Shown: positions 1-10,019, counted from the first letter of the stretch. The stretch is 64,000 nucleotides of DNA from an uncultured Pseudomonadales bacterium (GCA_964414895.1 CAYPXO010000003.1:12284-76283), one strand, 5' to 3'. The notes: a model not told the origin generated them from the letters alone. Numbers and translations: made by a program.

Positions 1-1
1 A

Positions 2-1684
2 GCAGAGGCTGATCCAGAGAAGGCAAAATACAATGTTGATGCCAAGGTTTATGAAGCGGTGGAAAATAAGTGTTCCAAGCCGGGATTTGAAGTTACTATA
101 AGAATAGTAGTTTCTTCGGCAACCAAAGAGCAGGCAAAGATTCACTTGGATAATATTGTCGGTGTTTTTTCTCAATTTAACTCAGATTTGAATAAATTTA
201 CTCAAGGTAAAAGCTGGTTGAAGAAATTTTTTATGATTGATTTTATCTATCGTTATCAGCCGATTTTTGGTTCAAAGGCAATTCTTTCCTCCGAGGAGCT
301 GGCGACAATTTTTCACCTTCCCAATAAAAGCGTAGAAACTCCTCATATTTATTGGTTGGCTGCCAAAAAAGCACCGGCACCGGCTCAAATCCCTAAGCAA
401 GGACTTTTTTTGGGAATAAGCAGCTACAGAGGGATAAGAAGGCCTGTTTATATTTCCGATAAAGACAGGCAACGTCATATTTATATTATTGGGAAAACCG
501 GCACCGGCAAATCCGAACTTTTAACAGAGATGATTCTTCAGGATATCCGGGCCGGTAAAGGAGTTTGTTTTATTGACCCCCATGATACGATAGAGAAAAT
601 CTTGGAGATGATTCCCCCAGAAAGAGCAGAAGATGTGATCTATTTTGACCCTTCAGATGCTGAAAGACCAATGGGGTTAAATATGTTGGAAGCAAAGACA
701 GAGGATCAAAAGCATTTTGTAGTAACTTCGATTATCAATCTTATGTACAAACTTTATGATCCTCACAAGACAGGCATTATTGGTCCGCGCTTTGAGCATT
801 CCATTAGAAATGCGATGTTGACAGTTATGAGCGAACCGGGGGCGACTTTTGTAGAAATTGTTCGCTGTTTAACAGACAGCCGTTATGTCAAAGAGCTGCT
901 TCCTAAAGTAAAAGATCCGGTGGTCAGACGCTACTGGACCGATCAAATAGCGCAGACAGCAGACTTTCATAAATCAGAAGTATTGGACTACATTGTTTCC
1001 AAGTTCGGCCGTTTTGTCACCAATAAAATGATGAGAAACATTATTGGTCAGAGCAAGTCTGCTTTTGATTTTAGAAAAGTGATGGATCAAGGAAAGATTT
1101 TATTGATCAATTTGGCTAAGGGAAGAATTGGTGAGGAAAATTCTTCTTTTTTCGGTTTGATTTTGGTTCCCAAAATTTTGATTGCCGCTATGAGCCGCCA
1201 GGATGTTGCCGAAGCGGCTCGGCGCGATTTTTATTTGTATGTTGATGAGTTTCAGAATTTTGCTACTCCCGACTTTGCTCAGATTTTATCCGAGGCGCGA
1301 AAATATCACCTTAATTTGTGTGTGGCTAACCAGTTTATTGGTCAAATTGAAGAGGAAGTAAAAAATGCCGTTTTTGGCAATGTGGGAACATTGGCTTGCT
1401 TTCGGGTGGGAGTGACTGATGCTAATTATCTTCAGCATGAATTCCAGCCGACTTTCAGCGAGATAGACCTTATAAATGTGGAACGTTTTAATGTTTTTAT
1501 AAAAACAATTGTTGAAAATGAGCCGGTTCCTCCTTTTTCTATGGATTTAACTAAAGATATGGCCAAGATCGAAAAAATGCGCAATCCGAAAATGGCTAAA
1601 ATGATAAAACAGCTCTCTCGTCTAAAATATGGCAAAGATAGGAATATTATTGAAGCGGAGATTGCTCAACGGGCGAAATTATAA
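2..1684 (+). CDS. VirB4/VirD4(TraG)-like, HerA/DUF87-type P-loop ATPase; 5' end lies outside the window
   Basis: Frame open from base 2; Walker A GKTGTGKS, Walker B LYVDEFQNF, LSEARKY and ANQFIGQ motifs of coupling-protein-like ATPases. Confidence 0.85.
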   Translation, partial: AEADPEKAKYNVDAKVYEAVENKCSKPGFEVTIRIVVSSATKEQAKIHLDNIVGVFSQFNSDLNKFTQGKSWLKKFFMIDFIYRYQPIFGSKAILSSEELATIFHLPNKSVETPHIYWLAAKKAPAPAQIPKQGLFLGISSYRGIRRPVYISDKDRQRHIYIIGKTGTGKSELLTEMILQDIRAGKGVCFIDPHDTIEKILEMIPPERAEDVIYFDPSDAERPMGLNMLEAKTEDQKHFVVTSIINLMYKLYDPHKTGIIGPRFEHSIRNAMLTVMSEPGATFVEIVRCLTDSRYVKELLPKVKDPVVRRYWTDQIAQTADFHKSEVLDYIVSKFGRFVTNKMMRNIIGQSKSAFDFRKVMDQGKILLINLAKGRIGEENSSFFGLILVPKILIAAMSRQDVAEAARRDFYLYVDEFQNFATPDFAQILSEARKYHLNLCVANQFIGQIEEEVKNAVFGNVGTLACFRVGVTDANYLQHEFQPTFSEIDLINVERFNVFIKTIVENEPVPPFSMDLTKDMAKIEKMRNPKMAKMIKQLSRLKYGKDRNIIEAEIAQRAKL

Positions 1685-1772
1685 CTAGAGTTTTAGAGTT
1701 AGAGAGTTTTAGAGTGTTAGGAAAAAACGAAAGCAAAACTAAAACTCTAACTATCTAAAACTCTAAAACTCT
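1685..1772. repeat. Inverted array of degenerate 8-mers (TTTTAGAG ... CTCTAAAA)
   Basis: tagagttttagagttagagagttttagag followed by ctaaaactctaactatctaaaactctaaaactct. Confidence 0.7.
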
Positions 1773-1824
1773 TTCCTCTCTGGTTGTTTTTGAGAAGAGA
1801 ATGTGGTAAAAGAAAAGGTGTAGT

Positions 1825-2016
1825 ATGAAGAAGTTAACGGTTGATTCCAGTAAATGCATTGGTTGCGGCACATGTGTTGCTTTGGCGCAGAAGTCTTTTA
1901 AAATGGCCGATAATAGTAAGGCCCAGCCAATAAATCCGCCGAGAGATGATAAAGAGGTTGTTCAGAATGCGATTGATTCTTGTCCGGTAGCCGCTATTTC
2001 TTGGAAGGAAGAGTAG
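1825..2016 (+). CDS. Ferredoxin
   Basis: CIGCGTC...CPVAAI Fe-S motif, 63 aa. Confidence 0.9.
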   Translation: MKKLTVDSSKCIGCGTCVALAQKSFKMADNSKAQPINPPRDDKEVVQNAIDSCPVAAISWKEE

Positions 2017-2024
2017 GGAATTTT

Positions 2025-2837
2025 ATGGAAAATAAAATTGTTTTTCCGGTAATAATCCTTCTTTTGATTGGTTCCTTTTTTGTTGGCAGTTTATGGACAA
2101 GGGTAAATTATCTCCAGAAAGAAGGAAATCCAGACTCCAGTCCTGCAGAAAATGAACAAAAGACACCTTTAGTAGAACAGGCAAAAATCCTGGGAGTTCA
2201 GGATTTTGCCAAAATTACTCAGGGCGGGGCGGCTGTTAAAGGAGACGAGAATGCGCCGGTGGTTATAGTTGAGTTTTCTGAATATCTTTGTCCTTTTTGC
2301 GGCGAGTATGTTGGAGTTGATATTATTCCCACCCATCCAATTGATGAAGGCAAGACTTATCAGAAAATTATGGATAACTTTGTCGCTACCGGCAAGGTTC
2401 GTTATATTTTTAGAGATTTTCCTGTTCATGGCGAGCCGGCAGCAAGGCGGGCAGTTGCTGCCCGTTGTGCTGGCGAACAAGGAAAATATTGGCAGTATCA
2501 CGACCTTTTATTTGAGAAACAAAATGAAGAAGTAGAGGAGAGCCAAGAAAATACGATTTTTACCCAATGGGCAGTTTCTTTGGGACTGAACGGTGAGGAG
2601 TTTGCCTCTTGTCTGCAAAAAGAAGAGCATAGAAGCCAAGTGGCAGCCGATTATAATTTAGGAATGGAGATTGCCAGAGCTGCTTGGGATGCTGGCCTTA
2701 TTGATAAAAGCCGAGTGCCTCAAAGAGAAATGGCTTCTTTAGGAACGCCAACATTTTTTATTAACGGACACCAAGTAATCGGCGCCCAATCTTATGAGGT
2801 TTTTGAGAAGATAATTGAGGAAGAACTTAAGAAATAG
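2025..2837 (+). CDS. DsbA/thioredoxin-fold membrane-anchored oxidoreductase
   Basis: N-terminal TM, EFSEYLCPFC, RDFP, GTPTFFING; ATG 2025 preferred over the ORF-track start. Confidence 0.88.
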   Translation: MENKIVFPVIILLLIGSFFVGSLWTRVNYLQKEGNPDSSPAENEQKTPLVEQAKILGVQDFAKITQGGAAVKGDENAPVVIVEFSEYLCPFCGEYVGVDIIPTHPIDEGKTYQKIMDNFVATGKVRYIFRDFPVHGEPAARRAVAARCAGEQGKYWQYHDLLFEKQNEEVEESQENTIFTQWAVSLGLNGEEFASCLQKEEHRSQVAADYNLGMEIARAAWDAGLIDKSRVPQREMASLGTPTFFINGHQVIGAQSYEVFEKIIEEELKK

Positions 2838-2926
2838 TTAGCTTCTTTTTGTCTTTTTTTCTCCTTGACAGAGAGCTTTCTAGAGTAAATAATTTAAGTA
2901 TAAAGTTGAGTTAGAATGTTATACTT

Positions 2927-3060
2927 GTTACTCTTCGAGCGAATCCCGAGCAGAGTCGAGGGAGTAGTCGAGAAGTTTTCTCTGCTAGAGTTCTCGACTT
3001 CGCCCCGCACCGTCTGGTGCAGAGCTTCGCTCGAACAATAAAAACTAACTGGCTTGAATT
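2927..3060 (+). repeat. Dispersed palindromic element, family R1, copy a
   Basis: gttactcttcgagcg...gtcgagaag...gttctcgact...ctcgaacaataaaaactaactggcttgaatt; related to 62155-62257 and to 15107-15200 (minus). Confidence 0.85.
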
Positions 3061-3161
3061 TCGTAATCCACCGTCCGAAGAATCCTTCGACAAGCTCAGG
3101 ACACCTCGGAGGTGTTTTAATCGTAAAATTGCGAGACTTTAGTAATTAGCGATTACAGACA

Positions 3162-4133
3162 ATGAAAATTTTTCAATTATTGCATAGTTGCATAGTTTTT
3201 TTATTTTGCAGCTATGCAGCTATGCAGCTATGCAGCTATGCGTCTCCTTCTCTTGTTTTTGCCCAAAGAGGTTTGCCTTTACCGGTTGTTTCCCCTAGCC
3301 TTTCTCCTTTGCCGGCCTCTCCTTCGGCCGAGGCAACCGAGTCGGCCAAAGAGGCAACTCCTTCTTCAATTGTGGAGAAAGTAATTGAGAAAAAGTCGGA
3401 TATTACTGAGCCGACTTCTCCGACAAAAGGCAAACTGGAGAGTTATTTGGCGGAACAAAAGCTAGCCCCCTTAAGTGTAGCTAATTTTTTAAAGCATGCT
3501 ATAAGAGAAGCAGTTAAAGAGGGCGTTCCGGCTAACACTGTGGTTTTGGTTTTGCTTTTTCCTTTGATCGCCGCAATTATTGCCTCAGTTCGCCATATCA
3601 TTGGCTTGCGCGGTTTTGGGATTTTTACCCCAGCGATGATCTCCGTTGCTTTTTTGGCGACAGGGATTATTGCCGGCCTTATCCTTTTTGGGACGATTTT
3701 GGTGGTCGCTACTCTTTCAAGAGTTATTTTACGCCGACTTCACCTGCAGTATTTACCGCGAATGGCTTTGCTTCTTTGGTTTGTTTGTCTGGGAGTGCTG
3801 GCGGTAATGTTTTTTTCTCCTTTTATTTCCCAGCCTAATTTAACGGTAGTTACGATTTTTCCTATTTTGATTATGATTTTGCTGGCAGAGAATTTTATCC
3901 GTGTTCAGCTGGGAGAAAATATGCGTGAGGCTATAAAAGTAACAACAGAGACAATTTTAATTGCCCTTTTTTGTTATTTTGTGATGGACTTGCCGGCTTT
4001 ACAAAGATTTGTTTTGCTTAATCCGGAGCTGACAGTGATAGCGATTGCCATTTATGATATTTTTATGGGGAAGTATGTTGGCTTGCGTTTAATGGAGTAT
4101 TGGCGATTTCGACAGGTTATTAAAAATGGCTAA
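3162..4133 (+). CDS. 7TM domain membrane protein (type associated with alpha-L-glutamate ligase-like ATP-grasp enzymes)
   Basis: RHIIGLRGFGIFTP, IFPILIM, YVGLRLMEYWRF motifs; overlaps the start of the ATP-grasp gene. Confidence 0.8.
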   Translation: MKIFQLLHSCIVFLFCSYAAMQLCSYASPSLVFAQRGLPLPVVSPSLSPLPASPSAEATESAKEATPSSIVEKVIEKKSDITEPTSPTKGKLESYLAEQKLAPLSVANFLKHAIREAVKEGVPANTVVLVLLFPLIAAIIASVRHIIGLRGFGIFTPAMISVAFLATGIIAGLILFGTILVVATLSRVILRRLHLQYLPRMALLLWFVCLGVLAVMFFSPFISQPNLTVVTIFPILIMILLAENFIRVQLGENMREAIKVTTETILIALFCYFVMDLPALQRFVLLNPELTVIAIAIYDIFMGKYVGLRLMEYWRFRQVIKNG

Positions 4134-5397
4134 TGTTTCTTCGATTTTGGGCCTTAATGCCCGTAATCATCTTTTTCAAGCAAGGTATAACAAGAAGAAG
4201 GCAAAAGATATTGCCAATTCCAAGCTGGCTACCAAGGAATTTTTAAACAAATATGAGATTCCCGCTCCAACTCTTCATGGAGTTTTTTCTAAACCTTCTG
4301 ATGTGCCCAAATTTGACTGGGGGAAGTTAAAAGACAATTTTGTTATTAAACCGGCCGAGGGCTACGGTGGCCAAGGAATTTTAATTATTAAGGAAAGAGT
4401 TTCCGGCGATGAGTTTATGACTATTAATAGGAGTAAAGTAGGAATTGATGATTTGAAACTTCATGTTTTGGACATTTTGGAAGGACATTATTCTCCCAGG
4501 GATTTGCCGGGAACTGCTTTTATTGAAGAGAGGATTGCTACTCATCCGGTTTTTCGCCGTTATTCTTATCAGGGCACGCCGGATATTCGCCTTTTGCTTT
4601 TTAACCGTATTCCGGTAATGGCAATGCTGAGACTGCCGACAGCCGAGTCCAATGGTAAGGCCAATCTCCACCAAGGAGCGGTTGGTTTGGGAATAGATAT
4701 GGCAACCGGCAAGACTACCCATGGGGTTTGGTATGATAGAATAGTTCGTTTAATTCCCGGCAAAAACCGTCGAGCTGAAGGACTTCAAATCCCTTCTTGG
4801 GAAGAGTTGTTGTTGATGGCAGTGAAAATCCAGCAGGCTTTCAAGGGCAAGCTGGAATATCTGGCTATTGACTTTTTTGTTGATCAAGAAAAAGGCCCTT
4901 TGGTGGTTGAGCTGACTTGCAAACCGGGTTTGAGCATCCAAATTGCCAACCTTCGCGGTTTGCGCCGGCGCTTGGAAAGGGTTGAAGGTTTGGAAGTGGA
5001 CACACCGGAAAAAGGGGTAAGGATTGCCAAGGATCTTTTTGGAGAAAGGCGAAGAAAAAGAAGAAGAGATGAACTGAAAGTTTTTGAAACGGTTAAGGTT
5101 TTAGGACCGGGAAGGAAAAAGACAGAAGTGGAAACAAAGATTGACAGCGGTGCTTTTCGCACCTCAATAGATAGAAGTTTAGCTAAAAAATTAGGGCTCT
5201 TAAAGAAGAAAAACATTTTGTTTACTACTCATTTTGAGTCCGCTTTGGGCAAGCAAAACCGGCCGGTAGTTGGACTTACCTTTTGGTTGGGCGGGAAAAA
5301 GCTGGTTACCACCGCTTCGGTGGCCAAAAGAGAGAAGTTGAGGAGAAAGCTAATCGTTGGCAGAAGAGACCTGAAAGGGTATATAATAAGGCCTTGA
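4126..5397 (+). CDS. Alpha-L-glutamate ligase-like ATP-grasp protein with C-terminal RimK-associated retropepsin-like protease domain
   Basis: ILGLNARN, VIKP..GYGGQGI, PDIR, AMLRLPT..SNGKANLHQG; C-terminal KIDSGA...LIVGRRDL. Confidence 0.85.
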   Translation: MANVSSILGLNARNHLFQARYNKKKAKDIANSKLATKEFLNKYEIPAPTLHGVFSKPSDVPKFDWGKLKDNFVIKPAEGYGGQGILIIKERVSGDEFMTINRSKVGIDDLKLHVLDILEGHYSPRDLPGTAFIEERIATHPVFRRYSYQGTPDIRLLLFNRIPVMAMLRLPTAESNGKANLHQGAVGLGIDMATGKTTHGVWYDRIVRLIPGKNRRAEGLQIPSWEELLLMAVKIQQAFKGKLEYLAIDFFVDQEKGPLVVELTCKPGLSIQIANLRGLRRRLERVEGLEVDTPEKGVRIAKDLFGERRRKRRRDELKVFETVKVLGPGRKKTEVETKIDSGAFRTSIDRSLAKKLGLLKKKNILFTTHFESALGKQNRPVVGLTFWLGGKKLVTTASVAKREKLRRKLIVGRRDLKGYIIRP

Positions 5398-6302
5398 TGC
5401 AAGAAGTTAGTTTTTTTGATTTTAAAATAGCCAATTTAAAATCTTTAGAGGAAGCTAAAGAGATTGATTTAGGCAGATTTGATCTAGTTAATGTTTGCTC
5501 CCATCTGGATTTTGGCTTCTGGCGACCCCAAAAAATTATCTGGCGACTGAAACTGGATAATCCTGACCCTTTTTCCTATATTCTCTCCAAGAAAGAAAGG
5601 AAGAAGATAAGAAAACTGCTTAAAAAGGCGGACTTTAAGGTTGAGATAAAAATTCCTTTAGAACAAGATTTATTTTTAAAATGGCTTGAAATTTATAAGA
5701 AAGTAATTGGCCAAAAAAAAAGAGGGGTTGTAAAAATTGATGGAAGTTGGCTGGCAGAGAAAAAGGAGAAAAAACAATTGACTGGAGGAATTTTTGTTTT
5801 TAAAAATGATAAGTTGAAAGGCGCTAGTTTGTTTGTTGAGCCAGAAGATGAAAAAAGATGTTTTTCTTTTGCCTATTCCGCTTATGGGACAGAGGGTGGT
5901 GATTATCACTCCTATCGTTCTTTAGTAGAGTATTATTTTATTAGAAAAGGCATTGAAGAAGGGTGTAAGTTTTTAGGGCATGGTAAAGATACCAACCTTT
6001 ATGGCATGCACTTATCAACTGGTCTTTTTGAGTTTAAGAGCCGCTATGGCTACAAACCAAATCCATATAAGGATAAAGAAACGCCGTTTGTAACTACTTT
6101 TTTTATAAACAGAGAGAAATTTTTTAAGGAAGCTCTTTTTGTTTATTTTAAAAACAGAAAACCTCGCTTAGCTCTTTTGACAGACAAACCGAAAGAGAAA
6201 ATTTTTCTCCAGAGATTTACCCATGCCGGGCTGCCGATTGACATCTTTGAGTTTTTAGAGACTTGCAGAAAAGTAAAGGAGAATTTAAGGGACGATTTAT
6301 GA
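5397..6302 (+). CDS. Hypothetical protein, possible GNAT/FemAB-like fold
   Basis: ATG overlaps upstream TGA; C-terminal GLFEFKSRYG resembles the GNAT/Fem signature GL..FK..FG. Confidence 0.55.
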   Translation: MQEVSFFDFKIANLKSLEEAKEIDLGRFDLVNVCSHLDFGFWRPQKIIWRLKLDNPDPFSYILSKKERKKIRKLLKKADFKVEIKIPLEQDLFLKWLEIYKKVIGQKKRGVVKIDGSWLAEKKEKKQLTGGIFVFKNDKLKGASLFVEPEDEKRCFSFAYSAYGTEGGDYHSYRSLVEYYFIRKGIEEGCKFLGHGKDTNLYGMHLSTGLFEFKSRYGYKPNPYKDKETPFVTTFFINREKFFKEALFVYFKNRKPRLALLTDKPKEKIFLQRFTHAGLPIDIFEFLETCRKVKENLRDDL

Positions 6303-6364
6303 TAAAAAAAGAAGAATCCGTCTCTGAAAGACAGTCAAAAGTTATTTAAGAGATATATGGAATC

Positions 6365-8179
6365 ATGATGAACAATTTAAAACTTAGTGTTTTAAGTAGA
6401 AATAGAGATAAAGATAATTATGAAGAGCGTCAATTATTTTTGGCCGCCAAAAGGAACGGTTTATCTTTCGAGAAGGTGTGTATTGGCACTATAAGTGATT
6501 TGGAAGAGATTGTAGAAAAATTAGGCGATATTGTTATAGCAAGAACAACTGGGCTGGACTTGATATCTAAAAATATTTTTCTCAAAATGGTTTCAGAAGA
6601 AAAGCTCTTGGTTAACAATTTTTATTTAGACTTTCCTTTTATTTCTTATAAAAACTTTCAACAGTATTTTTTATCGATAAATTCGGATATAAGAACTATT
6701 CCCGCATTTGAATTTGCAACAAAAGTAGGTTTAAAAAAATGTATAGATGATAACAAAGAACTTACCTTTCCTATTATTATGAAGCCTAAAAAAGGAGCTC
6801 GGGGAGAAAATATTCACCTTTTAGAGAGAAGGGAAGATCCTTATAGTCTCGCAGATGATTTATCTAGTTATATTTTTCAAAATTTTATTCACAATAGGGG
6901 GGATTATAGGGTTTTTGTAGTTGGAGGAAGGGCAGTGGCCTTTATGAGGAGAGTAGCTAAAAAGGGCACTTATTTGAATAATTATTCTAAAGGGGGACGA
7001 ATTTATAAAGTGAAAGATAAGAATGTCATAAAGAGACTTTCAGATATTGCCACAAACGTTGCTGCTGTTTTTAAACTTACAATTGCAGGAATTGATATTC
7101 TTGAGGATCTCAATGGCAATTTGTACTTCATGGAATTAAACACGATTCCTCAATGGAGAGGGATAGAAAAGATTAATCCGGATATCAATGTAGCCGACGA
7201 AATAGTAAGGTTATCCATTAATTTGTATGAACGGAGAAAAGATAAAAGTATAAATGATATTTTCAGAAGAGTAAAAAGATATTATGATGATAATTATCCT
7301 CATTTATATCATAAGAAATTTCATTATTCTTCTAGACAATATCTGTGGACAGGCTCTAAAAGAGAAAAGCAGAGATTAGAGAGACTAAAGAAGGAATATG
7401 CGGGAGAAACAGAGAAAGAACGGGATAAATTGATCTCGGAATCTTTAGAAACAGACCTTCTTTCCCGGAATTATAAAGCAAAACAGATAAGACAAAGCTT
7501 CTTTAAAAAATATAAAAAATTAAGAAATTTTATTATGGCGTTGTTTAAAGTTCTGCTTGCTGAAACTATCTATAATGTAGATCTAAGAGATAGTGTATCA
7601 AAATTTATTTCCAGCCAGGAATTAATTAAACTGTATAATGACTTATATAAAGATAGGGAGGCAATTGCTTCACTTTCCACAGACGCTATTAATTATTTTT
7701 ATCTTACTCGTAATTATTTTAGAAATAACTTGAAAGATTTTGGAATACAACTTGATCCTCACTACTTTTTGGAGATTGCCCAAAAGAATTATGAAGGCAA
7801 ACCAAAGGAGTATTTAGAGTTGCAAATTTATCTTCTAACACATTGTATAATCGGAGAGTCGAGGTTCTATGCGAAGCTTGTTGACAATAAGTTTTATAAG
7901 AGAATGCTTGTCTTTTTAGAGAGCCTGATTTCAAAAAATTTTCCTTTTGTTCGCTTAGATAACAAATTTGAATTTTTAGTCTGTTGTCAGCTCTGCAACT
8001 ATAAGCCTGGCGTTGTGAGAGATTGGATTTATCAGGAAGCCCAGGGTTCTTATTCAAAGCTTGGTGATTATCTTGTTGATAGGCTTTTTTCAGGTGATGG
8101 CAAAAAGGACACTTTTATTTATTCAGAACACCGTAATGTTTTATTTTTGATGTCTCTCCAGAAATTTATGTTGAGCTAA
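6365..8179 (+). CDS. RimK-family ATP-grasp ligase fused to a DUF3541-like helical domain
   Basis: FPIIMKP..GARG, DYRVFVVGG, AGIDIL, ELNTIP; C-half HYSSRQY, IYLLTHCII, EHRNVL. Confidence 0.75.
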   Translation: MMNNLKLSVLSRNRDKDNYEERQLFLAAKRNGLSFEKVCIGTISDLEEIVEKLGDIVIARTTGLDLISKNIFLKMVSEEKLLVNNFYLDFPFISYKNFQQYFLSINSDIRTIPAFEFATKVGLKKCIDDNKELTFPIIMKPKKGARGENIHLLERREDPYSLADDLSSYIFQNFIHNRGDYRVFVVGGRAVAFMRRVAKKGTYLNNYSKGGRIYKVKDKNVIKRLSDIATNVAAVFKLTIAGIDILEDLNGNLYFMELNTIPQWRGIEKINPDINVADEIVRLSINLYERRKDKSINDIFRRVKRYYDDNYPHLYHKKFHYSSRQYLWTGSKREKQRLERLKKEYAGETEKERDKLISESLETDLLSRNYKAKQIRQSFFKKYKKLRNFIMALFKVLLAETIYNVDLRDSVSKFISSQELIKLYNDLYKDREAIASLSTDAINYFYLTRNYFRNNLKDFGIQLDPHYFLEIAQKNYEGKPKEYLELQIYLLTHCIIGESRFYAKLVDNKFYKRMLVFLESLISKNFPFVRLDNKFEFLVCCQLCNYKPGVVRDWIYQEAQGSYSKLGDYLVDRLFSGDGKKDTFIYSEHRNVLFLMSLQKFMLS

Positions 8180-8217
8180 TGTGGCCGAAGCGATTGTTGA
8201 TTATTTGGTTAGGACAG

Positions 8218-9507
8218 CTAAATTTTAGCAGACAAAAGCCATTGGTAAAGAGGCAATATTTCTATTTTAAGACCCTCTTGTGTTATTTCTTCTTTTTGGT
8301 TCTCAGTCAAAATAAGCCCTTTTTTTAGATTAAATTTTTTCAAAGCCTCTTTTAAGCCTTTTATCTCTCTTTGTCTATTGTCATAATCTAGAGCTTGGCA
8401 GACTTGGATTGCCCCAACGATTTTAGACTTCTCTTTTAATAAAAAATCACATTCTTTTTTATCTTTGTAATAGAAGACTTCTTTCCTTCTTCTTTTTAAT
8501 TCTAAAAATGCGAGATTTTCCAGCAAATGGCCTCTGTTTTCGGAAAACTTAAAGGCAACAACATTGACCAAACCGTTGTCTATTAGATAACTCTTTTTAG
8601 GATTAACTACCTGTTCTTTTAAAGAATAAGAAAATTTACTCACAAAAAAGAAGACAAAAATTTCCTGCAGATAATGTTGGTAGGCAACCAGAGTTTTTTT
8701 GCTTACTGGCGTCTGGGCTTTTACCCATTTTAAGAAGGAGTTTAGACTAAATAAGCTGGCTACATTAGTAGTTAAAAAGTTCATTAGAAACTTTAGAACA
8801 AGAGTATTTTCTATCTTAAATCTCTCAATCAGGTCTTTAAAGTAAATGGTAGAAAAATACTCGGAGAGGATTTCTTTTTTGGTTTCTGGCTCCAAAACTA
8901 CTTCTGGAAAGCCGCCAAATTTGAGATACTCTTCAAAGCTTTTTTTGACAGTAAAGCGTTTTTTGCTTAAAGGAAGAGTATTAAGATTGTAGTCTATTTC
9001 TTTTGCCTTTAAAAATTCTGAAAAAGAAAAGGGAAAAAGGAAGAAAGTTAGAGTTCTCCCTCTAAGCTGGGTGGCTATTTCTCGGCTTAAAAGTTTTGAA
9101 GAAGAGCCAGTTAGAAATATCTTAAGTCTTTTCGTCTCATAGATTCTTCTTACGAACAACTCCCATTCTTTTGCTTGTTGAATTTCATCGAGAAATATGA
9201 AGGTTTCTTTTTCTTTTTGCTCAGGATAAAGTTCGAAATAAGCTTCAAGTAGAGCTTCAAAGTCAGAAATCTCGAAAGGGAAGATACGTTCATCTTCAAA
9301 ATTGAAATACAGAACTTTTTTTCTATCTTTAATTTTTTTTATTAGCTGATAGAAATAATAGGTTTTTCCTACCCTTCTTGGGCCAACCAAAGTAATAATT
9401 TTATTTACTTTTTTAGGCAAAACAAATTCTTCTCTTTCTATCAACGAAGGTAAGGGGGTTTCATAGAATTCAATAAGAATTTTTTTAAAAATATCTTTTT
9501 TATTCAT
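8218..9507 (-). CDS. AAA+ ATPase (AAA_14/DUF4143 type)
   Basis: GPRRVGKT, FLDEIQ, TGSSS, GGFPE, ENLAFLEL, ECDF. Confidence 0.9.
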   Translation of the reverse strand: MNKKDIFKKILIEFYETPLPSLIEREEFVLPKKVNKIITLVGPRRVGKTYYFYQLIKKIKDRKKVLYFNFEDERIFPFEISDFEALLEAYFELYPEQKEKETFIFLDEIQQAKEWELFVRRIYETKRLKIFLTGSSSKLLSREIATQLRGRTLTFFLFPFSFSEFLKAKEIDYNLNTLPLSKKRFTVKKSFEEYLKFGGFPEVVLEPETKKEILSEYFSTIYFKDLIERFKIENTLVLKFLMNFLTTNVASLFSLNSFLKWVKAQTPVSKKTLVAYQHYLQEIFVFFFVSKFSYSLKEQVVNPKKSYLIDNGLVNVVAFKFSENRGHLLENLAFLELKRRRKEVFYYKDKKECDFLLKEKSKIVGAIQVCQALDYDNRQREIKGLKEALKKFNLKKGLILTENQKEEITQEGLKIEILPLYQWLLSAKI

Positions 9508-9513
9508 ACTTTA

Positions 9514-9590
9514 AGGAAACCACTTTTGCCGCTTTCTGGTTTCCTATAGGAAACCACTATTAGTCTAAGTGAAAAGAGAGTTGTTGTCAA
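9514..9590 (-). promoter_or_regulatory. Sigma70 promoter followed by repeated GGAAACCA/TGGTTTCC operator-like boxes
   Basis: Minus strand TTGACA-17 nt-TAGACT, then three GGAAACCA boxes in alternating orientation before the ATG at 9507. Confidence 0.6.
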
Positions 9591-9596
9591 GGGAGC

Positions 9597-10019
9597 TTAT
9601 TTATAGAATTTTTCAAAAATCTCCAAAAATTGTTTTGGTTTTATAATCAAGGTCTTTTTGAACTTTTTTAAGACAAGCAAGTCTCTATCGCCAGTGATAA
9701 TAAAGTCCGCTTTTGCTTCCCAAGCCAGTTCTAAAAAAATATTGTCTTTTTTGTCACGAGTAATATTTAGCTTTTTCTGTGGCAGAAAGCGGATTGTTTT
9801 AAATTCTAAAATAGAAATTAAGTTCTCAATTAAAGAGTTGCTTACTTTGAATTTTTTTAGCTTGGAAAGAAGTTCAAATTCTGTTTCCGGAGAAGTGACC
9901 AGCTCTATTTTTGACTCTTTTACTAATCTTAGAACTTTTTCCGGATTGCCGCCCCACAGGATTCCAGAAACGAAGACATTAGTGTCTATGACCACTTTAT
10001 GCTTTATCAATGATTTCAT
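9597..10019 (-). CDS. PIN-domain putative toxin
   Basis: VVIDTNVFVS, RDKKDNIFLE, IITGDRDLL. Confidence 0.9.
   Translation of the reverse strand: MKSLIKHKVVIDTNVFVSGILWGGNPEKVLRLVKESKIELVTSPETEFELLSKLKKFKVSNSLIENLISILEFKTIRFLPQKKLNITRDKKDNIFLELAWEAKADFIITGDRDLLVLKKFKKTLIIKPKQFLEIFEKFYK

Noticed and set aside
2-1684. Conjugative element
   Set aside because: No relaxase or other T4SS genes in the window; lone ATPases of this type are common in CPR chromosomes.
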